Below, piece by piece: positions 51,540-62,195 of a stretch of 64,000 nucleotides of DNA (position 1 is its first letter; each line of letters starts with the position of its first letter). The translations under genes were made by a program, and so were the position numbers. Below the pieces are notes generated by a model, which worked only from the letters and a program-made list of their open reading frames with translations, ran no database searches and was not told the origin of the DNA. This stretch comes from Waterburya sp. (lineage in GTDB: Bacteria; Cyanobacteriota; Cyanobacteriia; Cyanobacteriales; Xenococcaceae), in the NCBI GenBank assembly GCA_965217895.1, contig CBDCJV010000002.1, forward strand, positions 1,792,001-1,856,000, written 5' to 3'.

Positions 51540-52376
51540 CTATCCTTTAACTCCACTGCTAACGTCCGTCGGAATTATATATCGCTGAATCAATAAAAAT
51601 AAAATTAAAATTGGGGCAATAGAAATAACTGAACCTGCTGCTACCAATCTCCAATCTAAAGAAAAAGAACCAGCTAAATTTTCTACCGCTAGGGGTAAAG
51701 TGTAATAATCTGGATCGTCTAAGACAATTAAAGGCCAGATAAAATCACTCCAGGAGCCGATGAATACAAAAATAGCTAGAGTAAATAAGGCAGGACGAAT
51801 TGCGGGTATCATTATATTCCACCAAATACCAAGTTCAGAACAGCCATCGATACGTGCAGCTTCTTCCAACTCCAAAGGAACAGCTTTTAGTGCTTGTCTG
51901 AGCAGAAATATTCCAAATGCTGAGGCAAGATTAGGCAAAATAATTCCCATATAGGTATTTCTCAAACCTAAATTTACCGCCAAGATATATAGAGGAATCA
52001 TGATGATCTGAAAGGGAATCATAATGGTTGCCAAAATAAGAGTAAAAAGCAACTCCCGTCCGCGAAAAGACAAACGAGCTAAGGGATAGGCTGCTAATGA
52101 GCAGAAGATTAGATTTGAACCTACGGTGCAAACAGCAACAACTGTACTATTAATTAGATATTGTCCAAAAGGATAACTTTGCCAAACCGTGACAAAATTT
52201 TCCCAGGTAGGTTGAGTTGGCAATATTTGCGGGGGAAAAGCAAAAACATCTTCGGTGGGAGATTTAAAAGACGTGCCAATTAACCACATGAGAGGGAACA
52301 ACATCAAAAAAGCGATCGCGCTAAGAACTAGATACGTGACTATGGTTTTGGTTATTGATCGCTGATTTATTGTCAT
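51540..52376 (-). CDS. Carbohydrate ABC transporter permease (MalG/LacG-like)
   Basis: LAAYPLAR, ELEEAARIDG, WSDFIWPL. Confidence 0.92.
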   Translation of the reverse strand: MTINQRSITKTIVTYLVLSAIAFLMLFPLMWLIGTSFKSPTEDVFAFPPQILPTQPTWENFVTVWQSYPFGQYLINSTVVAVCTVGSNLIFCSLAAYPLARLSFRGRELLFTLILATIMIPFQIIMIPLYILAVNLGLRNTYMGIILPNLASAFGIFLLRQALKAVPLELEEAARIDGCSELGIWWNIMIPAIRPALFTLAIFVFIGSWSDFIWPLIVLDDPDYYTLPLAVENLAGSFSLDWRLVAAGSVISIAPILILFLLIQRYIIPTDVSSGVKG

Positions 52377-52457
52377 TTTTGTAGCAATTCAGTTTTCAGT
52401 AATTAATTATCAATAAACAATGAACAATTATCAATAAAAGTTTGTCTTGCTTAGTGA

Positions 52458-52709
52458 TTATTTCTGTTCTTTACAGCGGAATCTTCCCTCAATAAAACCC
52501 CTTTGGGCTAAATGTTTCGTTTTTCTACCTGTGACTCGCTTGCGCCACATTTTAAAGCTTGAATGTTTCATTTCTTTTCTCATCAAGGCTATGACTTCTT
52601 TTTCTTGTAAGCCAAACTGAGTTTCAATTGCGCTAAAAGGGGTACGATCTTCCCAAGCCATTTCCACAATGCGATCAATACTTTTTACGTCTAGATCGGG
52701 TAGTTTCAT
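52458..52709 (-). CDS. TIGR03643/DUF2805-family protein
   Basis: DRIVEMAWEDRTPF, SFKMWRKRVTGRKTKH. Confidence 0.85.
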   Translation of the reverse strand: MKLPDLDVKSIDRIVEMAWEDRTPFSAIETQFGLQEKEVIALMRKEMKHSSFKMWRKRVTGRKTKHLAQRGFIEGRFRCKEQK

Positions 52710-52852
52710 AATGTTTAAATCAATTTAATTTATATATACTTTGATTTAACAACTTATTATATTTCAGCAATTATCGCTTCTGTAGCAAGATAGAACAATC
52801 AAAATTTTAGCTATAATGCCCACCAGAATGAGCTATTACCTCTTACCGAGTT

Positions 52853-53716
52853 ATGACATCCACAATTAGACAACCTCGTCGATTTCATCTGACTCTTTCC
52901 CAAAGTTTAACTATTATCGGCTTAATTATTACTCTTGGCTGTATTGCGATCGCAATATTTGCTCCCGCATTACAAGACATTGGCTGGTTACAAGATCCCT
53001 TAGAAGGTTTGGCTAATCCAGTTGACGAACCTCCAGGGGCAGATTATTGGTTTGGGACGACTCGTCAGGGATATGATGTGTTTTCCCGCACTCTTTTTGG
53101 TACTCAAGCTGCTTTAAAAGTGGTGGTGTTGGCGACAACCATTAGTTTAGTATTAGGCGTTCCTTTGGGCTTGGTAAGTGGCTACCTCGGTGGCAAAATT
53201 GATAAGGTTCTGATTTTCTTTATGGATACAATTTATACTTTACCTGGATTATTGTTGTCTGTAACTCTGGCTTTTGTGGTCGGACAGGGAGTGTTAAACG
53301 CAGCTTTAGCTCTGAGCATTGCTTATATTCCTCAATATTATCGAATCGTTCGCAACCATACTACTAGTGTCAAAACCGAGTTATTTATTGAAGCTGCCCA
53401 GGCGATGGGCGCACCTACCAGCAGGATTTTATCTCGCTATTTGTTTTTTAATGTGATTCAAAGCGTTCCTGTTTTGTTTACCTTAAATGCTGCCGATGCA
53501 ATTTTAATTCTTGGTGGTCTGGGTTTTTTGGGCTTAGGTCTACCTCCTGAAGTTCCAGAATGGGGTCACGATCTTCGTTTGGCTTTAGATGCTTTGCCCA
53601 CGGGTGTCTGGTGGTCTGCTACTTTTCCTGGTTTGGCAATGACAACTATGGTAACGGGTTTGTCTTTAGTTGGGGAAGGACTGGGAGATATGCTGAATTC
53701 AGGAATACGTAAGTAG
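52853..53716 (+). CDS. Peptide ABC permease (DppC-like)
   Basis: WFGTTRQGYDVFSR, FIEAAQAMGA, GFLGLG, PEWG. Confidence 0.92.
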   Translation: MTSTIRQPRRFHLTLSQSLTIIGLIITLGCIAIAIFAPALQDIGWLQDPLEGLANPVDEPPGADYWFGTTRQGYDVFSRTLFGTQAALKVVVLATTISLVLGVPLGLVSGYLGGKIDKVLIFFMDTIYTLPGLLLSVTLAFVVGQGVLNAALALSIAYIPQYYRIVRNHTTSVKTELFIEAAQAMGAPTSRILSRYLFFNVIQSVPVLFTLNAADAILILGGLGFLGLGLPPEVPEWGHDLRLALDALPTGVWWSATFPGLAMTTMVTGLSLVGEGLGDMLNSGIRK

Positions 53717-53739
53717 GGGCGATTCGCGAATCGCTTGAC
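53713..53739 (+). repeat. GTAG-type REP-like palindrome overlapping the stop codon
   Basis: GTAGGGGCGATTCGCGAATCGCTTGAC. Confidence 0.6.
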
Positions 53740-53801
53740 AAACAAAAACGATTTTGCAATATTTATAGTAATAATTACCAAAATTATATCAGATTTCCAG
53801 A

Positions 53802-55169
53802 ATGAAAACAATCCTAGCAAAAGATGCCCTAAATATAAACCCTCAAGATTACTCTTTATTAACAGATTTATATCAGTTAACCATGATTGCCTGCTATGGG
53901 GGAGAAGGAATTGCCACTAAAAGAGCAAGTTTTGAGTTATTTACACGGCATTTACCTCAAGACTTTGGCTATCTAATTGCCATGGGATTGACTCAGGTAC
54001 TGGAGTATCTAGAAGCACTGAGCTTTAGTTCTGAGCAAATTCAAGCATTAAAAGATACAGGAATATTCACTCATGCACCTAAAGCATTTTGGCAGTTATT
54101 GGACTCTGGGGGTTTTACGGGAGATGTTTGGGCAGTACCAGAAGGCACGGCAATATTTGCTAATGAACCGATATTAAGAATCGAAGCTCAACTGTGGCAG
54201 GCACAGCTAGTAGAGACTTATCTGCTAAATACAATTAATTATCAAACTATAGTTGCTACCAAAGCAGCAAGAATCAGAGATGTTGCGGGAAAACAGGCGA
54301 CTATTCTCGAATTTGGCACGAGAAGGGCATTTAGTCCCCAAGGGGCAGTTTGGGCAGCTAGAGCAGCCTTATCAGCAGGATTTGACGGCACGTCGAATGT
54401 ATTGGCAGCATTAAGGCTAGGAGAAAAACCGCGAGGCACAATGGCTCATGCTTTAGTTATGGCAATAAAGGCGATCGCAGGCAGCGAAGACGAGGCTTTT
54501 AAGGCTTTTCAGAATTACTTTCCTGATGCAACTTTACTTATCGATACCTATGACACTGTAGCAGCAGCACAACGTCTACAAGTCCAAAGGGATGCAGGAG
54601 AAATTAGCGTCAAGGGAGTACGAATTGATTCAGGAGATTTGGCAGAATTATCACAAAAAGTACGCCACTATTTACCAGAGACTAAAATTTTTGCCAGCGG
54701 TGATTTAGATGAATGGGAAATCAGCAAACTACAGCAACAGGGTGCATCTTTAGACGGCTATGGCATTGGTACTAAATTAGTCACAGGTGTAACAGTCAAC
54801 GGGGTATATAAGCTAGTAGAAATAGATTCTATTGCGACTATGAAACAATCTAGCCACAAGCTCACATATCCAGGTTGCAAACAAATATTCCGTAAAGTAA
54901 TTGATGGTCACATAAGTTCAGACAGACTGGGTTTGAAAGATGAAATGCCTGATGATGATGAACAAGGTTTATTAGAAATAGTTATGCAGTCTGGGAAAAG
55001 ACTACAATCATCTGAAGGCTTGGATACAATTCGTCAGCGCGCTGCCAGTTCTGTAGCAAGTCTTCCTACTAAGGTTCGTCAAATTAGCCAGCCTTTTGCT
55101 TTTGAAGTTGATATTTCTGATGCTTTAGAGTCTTTGCGGGATGAAGTAGCTAGACGAAATAATAAGTAA
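53802..55169 (+). CDS. pncB: Nicotinate phosphoribosyltransferase
   Basis: LLTDLYQLTM, EFGTRRA, GTMAH, LIDTYD, VRIDSGDL, GVYKLVE. Confidence 0.95.
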   Translation: MKTILAKDALNINPQDYSLLTDLYQLTMIACYGGEGIATKRASFELFTRHLPQDFGYLIAMGLTQVLEYLEALSFSSEQIQALKDTGIFTHAPKAFWQLLDSGGFTGDVWAVPEGTAIFANEPILRIEAQLWQAQLVETYLLNTINYQTIVATKAARIRDVAGKQATILEFGTRRAFSPQGAVWAARAALSAGFDGTSNVLAALRLGEKPRGTMAHALVMAIKAIAGSEDEAFKAFQNYFPDATLLIDTYDTVAAAQRLQVQRDAGEISVKGVRIDSGDLAELSQKVRHYLPETKIFASGDLDEWEISKLQQQGASLDGYGIGTKLVTGVTVNGVYKLVEIDSIATMKQSSHKLTYPGCKQIFRKVIDGHISSDRLGLKDEMPDDDEQGLLEIVMQSGKRLQSSEGLDTIRQRAASSVASLPTKVRQISQPFAFEVDISDALESLRDEVARRNNK

Positions 55170-55212
55170 TAAGTCAGGATAATCAATACAGCCAATTTGA
55201 TCTAGAAAAAAT

Positions 55213-55452
55213 CTACCAAGTCGGATCATCGTATATATTTACCGTTAATTCTGATCTGTCTCCAGGAACAGAACTAATGCAGGCACAAATAGCTTCCCCA
55301 TCCCCTAGTTCCACTTCACAAGCATGACAAGAACCCATTAAACATCCCGTGGCAATAAACACCCCTGCTCGTTCTGCCACCTGTAACATTGGTTCTCCTG
55401 GTTCTGCTTCAACTGTAATATTGTCTGGCAGAAAACAAACCTTAATACTCAT
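55213..55452 (-). CDS. Small 2Fe-2S ferredoxin-like protein
   Basis: GCLMGSCHAC...ICAC. Confidence 0.88.
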   Translation of the reverse strand: MSIKVCFLPDNITVEAEPGEPMLQVAERAGVFIATGCLMGSCHACEVELGDGEAICACISSVPGDRSELTVNIYDDPTW

Positions 55453-55714
55453 TTACTTTTATACGCCTGATGTGAATTACTTCGTTTAGATTTATTGGTT
55501 TTCAGCTATTAGCCCTTAGCTCTTAGCTCTTAGCTACTACGATCTTCGTGTAAGGTTCGGCAAACCCTAGCTACGTAAATTAATTACAAAATTTTACTTT
55601 TGTAAAATGATTAATCGATGCATTTTGAATATGGGGGATGCTGAAATTATTTCAGCATATCCAACCACGTTGTTAAAGTTTTTTAATTTACATTAGACGT
55701 TTTATAGATAACCT

Positions 55715-57208
55715 TCAATAATAATTAGACAAAATTTTCTTTAAATCTAAATGTTTTTCTACAATGTCTGCCAAGGTATTCAAAGTAGTCTCTCTTTGAT
55801 CTCGGTAATTAGAAATCCCTGTAGCTAAAGACGACATTCCCCTTTGCTTACGTAAGTGATTAATCCAAGAGCGTCGCCAAGCACCATTATCAAATAGCCC
55901 ATGAATATAGCAACCCCAAACAGACTGATTTTTGTCTACCAATCCTAAGCCAGCATCATCAAAAATTGGTCGATAATCTTCTTCTCCTCCTTCTTTAAGA
56001 CGACGACTAAGACGAGTGCGCCCTTGGTGAATTTCATAGCCGTCTACGGGTAATCCAGGTTGGGGAAAGTGGGAAATTACCTGTCTTTGACGAGCGATTT
56101 TGTTAGGGGAAAGCATAGTTGTAATTGGCAATAGATCGAGAGCATTGTATTCTCCTGCTTCTCCTTCAAAGCCTTCGGGGTCAATTATACGCTGTCCTAA
56201 GATTTGATAACCGCCACAGATACCTAATACTGTACCTCCCGCAGCAGCATAACTTTTAATTTGTTCTGCCATACCGCTTCTTTCCATTGCTAACAAATCG
56301 GCAATAGTGGTTTTAGTGCCAGGAATAATTACTGCATCAGGATGTCCTAGAGAATCTTGAATATCTATATAGTTAACGGCTACAGAAGATTCTGCCTCTA
56401 AGGGGTCAAAATCAGTAAAGTTGGCAATTCTTGGTAGCCTAATAACGTGAATATTAATATCTTGACTACTGCGACGACGATTTCTTTCTAACAAATCGAG
56501 GGAATCCTCGGAGGGAAACCGCTCATTACTCCAGGGAATTACACCTAAAACAGGTATTTTGGTCTTTTCTTCTAACCACTCGATTCCTGAGTCGAGAAGT
56601 TCTTTCTGTCCGCGAAATTTATTAATTACCACTCCTTTGACAAGCGATCGCTCTGTCGGGTCTAATAGTTCTAACGTGCCTACTACGTGAGCAAACGCGC
56701 CACCACGCTCAATATCTACCACCAAAATAGTTGGCGCATTAAGATGTTTGGCAACTCTCATGTTAGTCAGATCTCGGTGTTTGAGATTAATTTCTGCGGG
56801 GCTTCCTGCCCCCTCACAGACAACTAAATCAAATTCTAAAGATAGACGATATAAAGACTCTTGAATTACTTCCCAGCCCAAATCAAAATATTTCTCATAA
56901 TATTCGCTGGCTTTAACCGTACCTACAGCCTTGCCCTTAATAATTATCTGAGAAGTCATATCCCCTTGAGGCTTTAAGAGAATGGGGTTCATTTCTACTC
57001 TGGGGGCAACTCCTGCTGCCCAAGCCTGAACTGCCTGAGCGTGTCCTATTTCTCCTCCAGTCGATGTTACATAAGCATTTAGTGCCATGTTTTGCCCTTT
57101 AAAGGGGGCAACTCGCCAACCTTTTCTTGCCAAAATACGGCATAGTGCAGCAGTCAGGAAGGATTTTCCTGCATGAGATGTTGTCCCGACCACCATAATC
57201 GCTTTCAT
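55715..57208 (-). CDS. cobQ: Cobyric acid synthase
   Basis: GTTSHAGKS, PFKGQNMALN, EGAGSPAEINL, GICGGYQ, GYEIH. Confidence 0.97.
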   Translation of the reverse strand: MKAIMVVGTTSHAGKSFLTAALCRILARKGWRVAPFKGQNMALNAYVTSTGGEIGHAQAVQAWAAGVAPRVEMNPILLKPQGDMTSQIIIKGKAVGTVKASEYYEKYFDLGWEVIQESLYRLSLEFDLVVCEGAGSPAEINLKHRDLTNMRVAKHLNAPTILVVDIERGGAFAHVVGTLELLDPTERSLVKGVVINKFRGQKELLDSGIEWLEEKTKIPVLGVIPWSNERFPSEDSLDLLERNRRRSSQDINIHVIRLPRIANFTDFDPLEAESSVAVNYIDIQDSLGHPDAVIIPGTKTTIADLLAMERSGMAEQIKSYAAAGGTVLGICGGYQILGQRIIDPEGFEGEAGEYNALDLLPITTMLSPNKIARQRQVISHFPQPGLPVDGYEIHQGRTRLSRRLKEGGEEDYRPIFDDAGLGLVDKNQSVWGCYIHGLFDNGAWRRSWINHLRKQRGMSSLATGISNYRDQRETTLNTLADIVEKHLDLKKILSNYY

Positions 57209-57278
57209 CGATCGCTCCTGTGCTGGAATATATACACTGTTATAACAGCTAGATCGGCAGTTAATATTAGTGAAGCGT

Positions 57279-57674
57279 TTATTTTAACCAACGATTGAGC
57301 CAATTGAAAACTAAATCTAACAAAGAGGCAGGAGGAATCTGATTTTGTGACTGTTCCCATTGGGCTACAATCTTTCTACCCAAAGGAGTTAAACGAAAAC
57401 TATCGGTTAATCCCTGACCGTCTACTTCCCGTCTTAACAAGCCTACACTAATTAGCCAAACTAATTTGGCTTCAGTTTTTGGTTCACTAAAAGCTTGGGT
57501 GGCATAACCCAATTTAATTCCTGTTTCACCAGCAATTTGCTGAATTGGTACGCTTTGATTACGCATATCTTGGAATAGCTTAAGGCAAAAAGGAGAACAG
57601 GATAATGCTCTTTTGGCTCTATTAATTATTCTGGGAGCATAATCGACAGTGGTGCTGTCTATATTTGAAGTCAT
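57279..57674 (-). CDS. Npun_F0494-family conserved cyanobacterial protein
   Basis: WLISVGLLRREVDGQGLTDSFRLTPLG. Confidence 0.85.
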   Translation of the reverse strand: MTSNIDSTTVDYAPRIINRAKRALSCSPFCLKLFQDMRNQSVPIQQIAGETGIKLGYATQAFSEPKTEAKLVWLISVGLLRREVDGQGLTDSFRLTPLGRKIVAQWEQSQNQIPPASLLDLVFNWLNRWLK

Positions 57675-57738
57675 TATTATTAAATATGTTTTAACTCGTC
57701 CAATTGCCGATTCAATAGTTAAATTTATGATTTAAACA

Positions 57739-59088
57739 TTATATTAAAGGTAACTCAATTGTAAATGTGCTTCCTCTATCTAATTGGCTACTAACCCTAA
57801 TTGAGCCATGATGCGATCGCACTATCGCCTGAGCAATAGCTAAACCCAATCCTGAACCTCCACTATTACGAGAGCGATCGCTATTGACGCGATAGAACCG
57901 CTCAAAAATACGGGATTGTTCTGCTTCTCGAATCCCAATTCCCGTATCTCGAATTTGAATTATGGCGTAGCGGTTATCTCGATCTAAGATCGCGGTAACT
58001 TTACCTTTTTGTGGAGTGTATTGAATCGCATTAATCACTAAATTGGCAACTAGGCGATACAGTTCGGGTTCATTTCCTGCTATTTGTAAAGCATGACAGA
58101 CACGAATATCAGTTGCTAATTTAATCTTAGAAGCTAAAGCCAAAGCAGTGAATTCTTCGGCAATATCGTTAACTAGATCGTTGAGTATAATGCGATCGCC
58201 TTGATAGTGAGTGGATAAGTTGCGATCGCTTTCTCGCTCCATTCGAGATAAAGTTAATAAATCAGCAACCAAGCCTGACATACGATTATTTTGTCGCTCA
58301 ATTGCTGCTAGAGATTCTTTTACTTCATTTTCTTGCCAGACTGGCAACAATGATACTGATTCTATTGTGGCTCTAATTGTTGCCAAAGGTGTTCTTAATT
58401 CGTGTGCCGCATCTGCTGTAAACTGCTGAATTTGGAGATAAGAACTGTATATTGGTTGCATTGCTAACCCAGCTAAATACCAAGCTGAAATAACTACCAA
58501 TATTAAAGCCAGGGGAAATCCTAATAATAAGATCCAGGCAACGTTGGCTACATAACGATTGAAATCTTGTAAACTTCTGCCAACTAATAAATATCCCCAT
58601 GGCCGATTGTCAACTGTTTCTAGGGTTAGTACAATCTGATGATAGCGATTACCCTGGTTATCTCGAAGATGAATCCAGGATTGCTGCTGAAACTTTATCG
58701 GCAAACCTCCAGGCTGGATTCCCACCACAGCCACCAAACGCCCAGAAGTATCTAATAAACGTAGATAGTAATCCCCTCGATCGACAGCGTTTATTTGATG
58801 GCGATCGCGATTATTTACCTGAGAACAATTGGTTGCCACCAGACATAAACTAGGGAATAGGTTGTTAACGGCTGGCTCTAATTTTCCTGGCTCTTGGAGA
58901 TATAGTTCCAGGCTATCGTGAAATGCACCTGCTACCGATTCAATTTCGCGATCAACTGTCACTTTATGGGCATGGGCGATCGCCTGATAAGCTCCCAAAC
59001 CACATCCGCCAAGAATGATACTCATTACTCCTGCATACCAACAGGCTAAACGCCAGCGAGTTGTTTTAAAGAGTCGATCTTGATTCAC
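57739..59088 (-). CDS. Metal-responsive sensor histidine kinase (RppB/NrsS/CopS-like)
   Basis: TRWRLACWY, two TMs, FTADAAHELRTPL, NAIQYT, DTGIG, GGSGLGLAI. Confidence 0.9.
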   Translation of the reverse strand: MNQDRLFKTTRWRLACWYAGVMSIILGGCGLGAYQAIAHAHKVTVDREIESVAGAFHDSLELYLQEPGKLEPAVNNLFPSLCLVATNCSQVNNRDRHQINAVDRGDYYLRLLDTSGRLVAVVGIQPGGLPIKFQQQSWIHLRDNQGNRYHQIVLTLETVDNRPWGYLLVGRSLQDFNRYVANVAWILLLGFPLALILVVISAWYLAGLAMQPIYSSYLQIQQFTADAAHELRTPLATIRATIESVSLLPVWQENEVKESLAAIERQNNRMSGLVADLLTLSRMERESDRNLSTHYQGDRIILNDLVNDIAEEFTALALASKIKLATDIRVCHALQIAGNEPELYRLVANLVINAIQYTPQKGKVTAILDRDNRYAIIQIRDTGIGIREAEQSRIFERFYRVNSDRSRNSGGSGLGLAIAQAIVRSHHGSIRVSSQLDRGSTFTIELPLI

Positions 59089-59783
59089 AATTTGTCAGGA
59101 GAAAAACGATAACCCAAACCATAAACTGTCTCTATTACATCTTCAAATCCTTGTTGAGCTAGTTTACGTCGTAACAGTCGCATTTGCGCTGCGACTACGT
59201 TACTTATAGGCTCTGTACCCCATTCCCATAGTTGAGATAAAAGTTGTTCACGGGTCAAGATTTGCTGAGGATGGCGCATAAAATACTCTAATAGCTTAAA
59301 TTCTTTTAAAGTTAAGTTGATTTTTCGTCTTATCGCTGTTTTATCTTCGATCCATACTTGATTTGTACCATAGTTTAAAATTAACCTACCTACCTGCAAC
59401 TGTTGCGGTGCTAGATTTGGCGATCGCCTTTGTAAAGCCCTCAATCTCGCTAGTAATTCTCTCATCCCAAAGGGTTTAACGAGATAATCATCTGCACCAG
59501 CATCTAAACCCGTAACGCGATCATTCATGCTGTCTTTTGCTGTCAGCATTAATATTGGTAAATTATCTTGCTTGCGCCTCAACCGCCTCAGTAACTCGAC
59601 ACCAGATAAACCAGGTAACAACCAGTCAAATATCCCTAAATTATATTCGGTTTGCTTGTCTTCTAAATAACACCAGGCTTCTGTGCCATCTTGTACCCAG
59701 TCAACCACATAGGCTTGTTGATGGAGAGTGCGCTTAATGGCAGTGCCTAAATCAGGCTCGTCTTCTACTAATAAGATACGCAT
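59085..59783 (-). CDS. OmpR-family response regulator (RppA/NrsR/CopR-like)
   Basis: VEDE, DWLLPG, GADDYLVKPF, SNVVAAQMRLLRRKL, ETVYGLGYR. Confidence 0.92.
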   Translation of the reverse strand: MRILLVEDEPDLGTAIKRTLHQQAYVVDWVQDGTEAWCYLEDKQTEYNLGIFDWLLPGLSGVELLRRLRRKQDNLPILMLTAKDSMNDRVTGLDAGADDYLVKPFGMRELLARLRALQRRSPNLAPQQLQVGRLILNYGTNQVWIEDKTAIRRKINLTLKEFKLLEYFMRHPQQILTREQLLSQLWEWGTEPISNVVAAQMRLLRRKLAQQGFEDVIETVYGLGYRFSPDKL

Positions 59784-59857
59784 AGATACTAGCCAAAATT
59801 AACTTAACTCTGACATATTTTCGATTCTTTGACTTAAGACTAAAAACATTAACAAAC

Positions 59858-59879
59858 AAAAATGAAATCAGGATGAAAT
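59858..59879. promoter_or_regulatory. TTTCAT direct-repeat box between the divergent regulator and copper-storage genes
   Basis: AAAAATGAAATCAGGATGAAAT; on the minus strand a TAGTCT -10-like hexamer lies 19 nt downstream, towards the regulator. Confidence 0.7.
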
Positions 59880-60004
59880 CAGTTTCTTTCTTTAGCCATA
59901 AATTACTATTCACTCATTGGAAAGATGTGAAGATTATGCAAGCCTTATAGCTTAGATATTGTAGGCAACTACATCACGTTAAATAAATCAATTGGAATTA
60001 AATT

Positions 60005-60349
60005 ATGACAGCTACACAAACTCAATCATCTAATCTAGAATCTTGTATTCAGGCTTGCTTGGATTGCCTTAAAGACTGTGAAAACTGCGCTACTGCCTGT
60101 TTAAAAAGCGATATGGTGCAAATGATGTCCAAATGTATTGAATTATGCCGTGACTGTTCTGATACTTGCGACCTTTGCGCTCGTTTGATGATGCGTAACT
60201 CAGGTATTCATGCTCAAATGTGCGGTGTTTGCGCGCAAGCGTGCGATCGCTGTGCCGAAGAATGCGGTAGTCATGATAGCGACCACTGTAAACGTTGTGC
60301 GGAATCCTGTCGCCGTTGTGCAGAGTCTTGCCGTCAACACCGCGATTAG
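60005..60349 (+). CDS. Four-helix-bundle copper-binding/storage protein (DUF326/Csp3-like); C-terminus altered by an insertion
   Basis: Repeated CXXXC/CXXC motifs (CIQACLDCLKDCENCATAC...CKRCAESCRRCAESC). Confidence 0.9.
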   Translation: MTATQTQSSNLESCIQACLDCLKDCENCATACLKSDMVQMMSKCIELCRDCSDTCDLCARLMMRNSGIHAQMCGVCAQACDRCAEECGSHDSDHCKRCAESCRRCAESCRQHRD

Positions 60350-60385
60350 AGATGCTCTCTGAGCGAGAGCCTCTCTCGCGGTCAA
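60338..60385. mobile_element. 48-bp palindromic insertion with a GTCAA duplication
   Basis: GTCAA at 60333-60337 and 60381-60385; ACCGCGA/TCGCGGT and GCTCTC/GAGAGC stems. Confidence 0.8.
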
Positions 60386-60638
60386 ATGGCAGCAGCATAA
60401 ATTTTAAGGTATTGCCATCGGTTTATATAAAAGTAGTCTGGGAGACTAGAGGACTGGGGGACTGGGAGATCGTTTGTTACTTGTTAACTCTTCCCTACTT
60501 GCTACTCTCCGCTCGTTTTTTAAATCGTTTTGCACTAAAGAGATCGCTTTCAACTAGAATCTACAACCCTTTCAGAATATTTATCTGTTTGTGACAACAA
60601 AATTAGCTGCATTGATAATTACTTCTCGTGCGATCGCT

Positions 60639-60935
60639 TTAAACTGAAAATATTTCTACTAAAATATCAGCCATTAATTGACATTCTTCTGTATTAATCA
60701 TCCATAATTTCTTTATATCTACACCAATTACTAAACCTTGCTCTCCTACGATTCTTGCCAAGGGAATGGCTACTAAACCAGTTCCCGTACATACATCAAG
60801 AATTGTTTGACTTGATCGCAAAGTTACAAAATCTAATAGTCTTTGAGCGTTTTCAGGATGTCCCCTATCTTCAGAATCATAAGCAGTTCTATTGTTAAAA
60901 AAATCAACTATTCTTTGCTGATAGTTTTTCTGCAT
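60639..60935 (-). pseudogene. Truncated class I SAM-dependent methyltransferase (UbiE-like N-terminus)
   Basis: ILDVCTGTG...VIGVDI, then similarity is lost; ends next to HIP1 at 60630-60637. Confidence 0.7.
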
Positions 60936-60979
60936 TTCTAATCAGTAATTGAGTTTAGTAATCAATAAATAGTAATCAA

Positions 60980-61019
60980 TCACTGTCTTTGGCGAAACAC
61001 CTCATAAAGTGCGATCGCT
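60980..61019 (-). pseudogene. rlmB 3'-end relic, distal copy ([12 protein letters not shown])
   Basis: Same peptide as the rlmB end with 6 nt differences, all synonymous; starts at HIP1 61011-61018. Confidence 0.9.
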
Positions 61020-61270
61020 TTTTTTCTTGGCTGTTTTCAATTTGCATAACGAAGTTAAGCTGTTAGGCTTATCGCCTTCTGTCTCAATATCAGCACACTA
61101 TTAAAAATTTAAATTTTTATTTAAATTTAGAATTGCCCGTGGGTGTTGCAGTTTTCCCAGAAAAAAGTGTGTCTGGTTTGGCTTTGGATATATTAGTGCA
61201 AATTATACAAAGCAGTATGAGTTGAAGATAGTTGCTATCCAGAGGTCTAGTAATTGGTAACCAGCAATGA

Positions 61271-61345
61271 TTATTGTCTCTGACGAAACACTTCATAAAG
61301 TGCGATCGCTGCTGCCACAGAAGCATTAAGACTAGGTGTTTTACC
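61271..61345 (-). pseudogene. rlmB 3'-end relic, proximal copy ([24 protein letters not shown])
   Basis: 67/75 identical to 62196-62270; all 8 differences synonymous. Confidence 0.92.
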
Positions 61346-61429
61346 TACTAGAAAATAGAGAACACAGAGTTGTTTATCAGGTTACAGATTGGATTCTTAG
61401 CTTTTCAAATTTGATGAGATCTAACGTAA

Positions 61430-62170
61430 TTACTTTACAGCCATAAGAGTAACCAAGCCATTATTGGTGTTAGAAACAATTTTATTAAAACCTACATCAC
61501 TAAGCTGTTTATCTACCCACTGCTTAGATAAGCGTAACTTTCTATAAAAACTTTTATTTAACTTCCAACTATCATGATTTTTTTGATAGATAAGATCGTG
61601 AACTTTAACTGTATCTGGTTCATATTCTAAAAAGCAGGTAAATATTGTTTGCTCATCACTCTTAATGGTTATAAAGCGATCAAGTTCAGATAACTCAACA
61701 GAAAGATCCCTGAAGGTAATAATAAACTTACCGTTGTCTTCTAATGCTGAAAACACTTTTCTAAGCAGAGAAATCACTTTATCTGGCGACTCTAAATGAA
61801 GCAGAGTATCAGTCATGCAGGTGATTAACTCTACTTGAGTATTAATATATTGCTCAAAATTGATGAGATCGTCTTGAATTGTAGAGATAGCCAAGTTAGT
61901 GGTACAATTTGCTTCTAATTCATCAAGCAACTGCCGATCTAAATCAATAGCTGTAACGGTAAAACCTAGTTTAGCCAGAGGAATTGATTGAAATCCGCAT
62001 CCTGCACCAAGATCGATTGCTTTAGCCGAGCTTGTTGGACTAACATGGTGTTCGTTCAAAAACTTAATATTTTTGCTGATACCTTGTTCAAACCCATTAA
62101 ATATCCAAGAGTAAACATCTGCAAGAACTTGATTATAATGCTCCTGAACTGTTGTCATAATCACCCTCAA
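61430..62170 (-). CDS. Class I SAM-dependent methyltransferase
   Basis: AIDLGAGCG, TAIDLD, CMTDTLLHL, KLRL. Confidence 0.88.
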   Translation of the reverse strand: MRVIMTTVQEHYNQVLADVYSWIFNGFEQGISKNIKFLNEHHVSPTSSAKAIDLGAGCGFQSIPLAKLGFTVTAIDLDRQLLDELEANCTTNLAISTIQDDLINFEQYINTQVELITCMTDTLLHLESPDKVISLLRKVFSALEDNGKFIITFRDLSVELSELDRFITIKSDEQTIFTCFLEYEPDTVKVHDLIYQKNHDSWKLNKSFYRKLRLSKQWVDKQLSDVGFNKIVSNTNNGLVTLMAVK

Positions 62171-62195
62171 TATTTATTGTTGTCTTGATTATTAG

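Noticed and set aside
2305..60594. Numerous short antisense or alternate-frame ORFs inside long genes
   Set aside because: Shadow ORFs of well-supported CDSs
61117..61326. 69-aa minus-strand ORF
   Set aside because: Starts out of frame inside the rlmB relic
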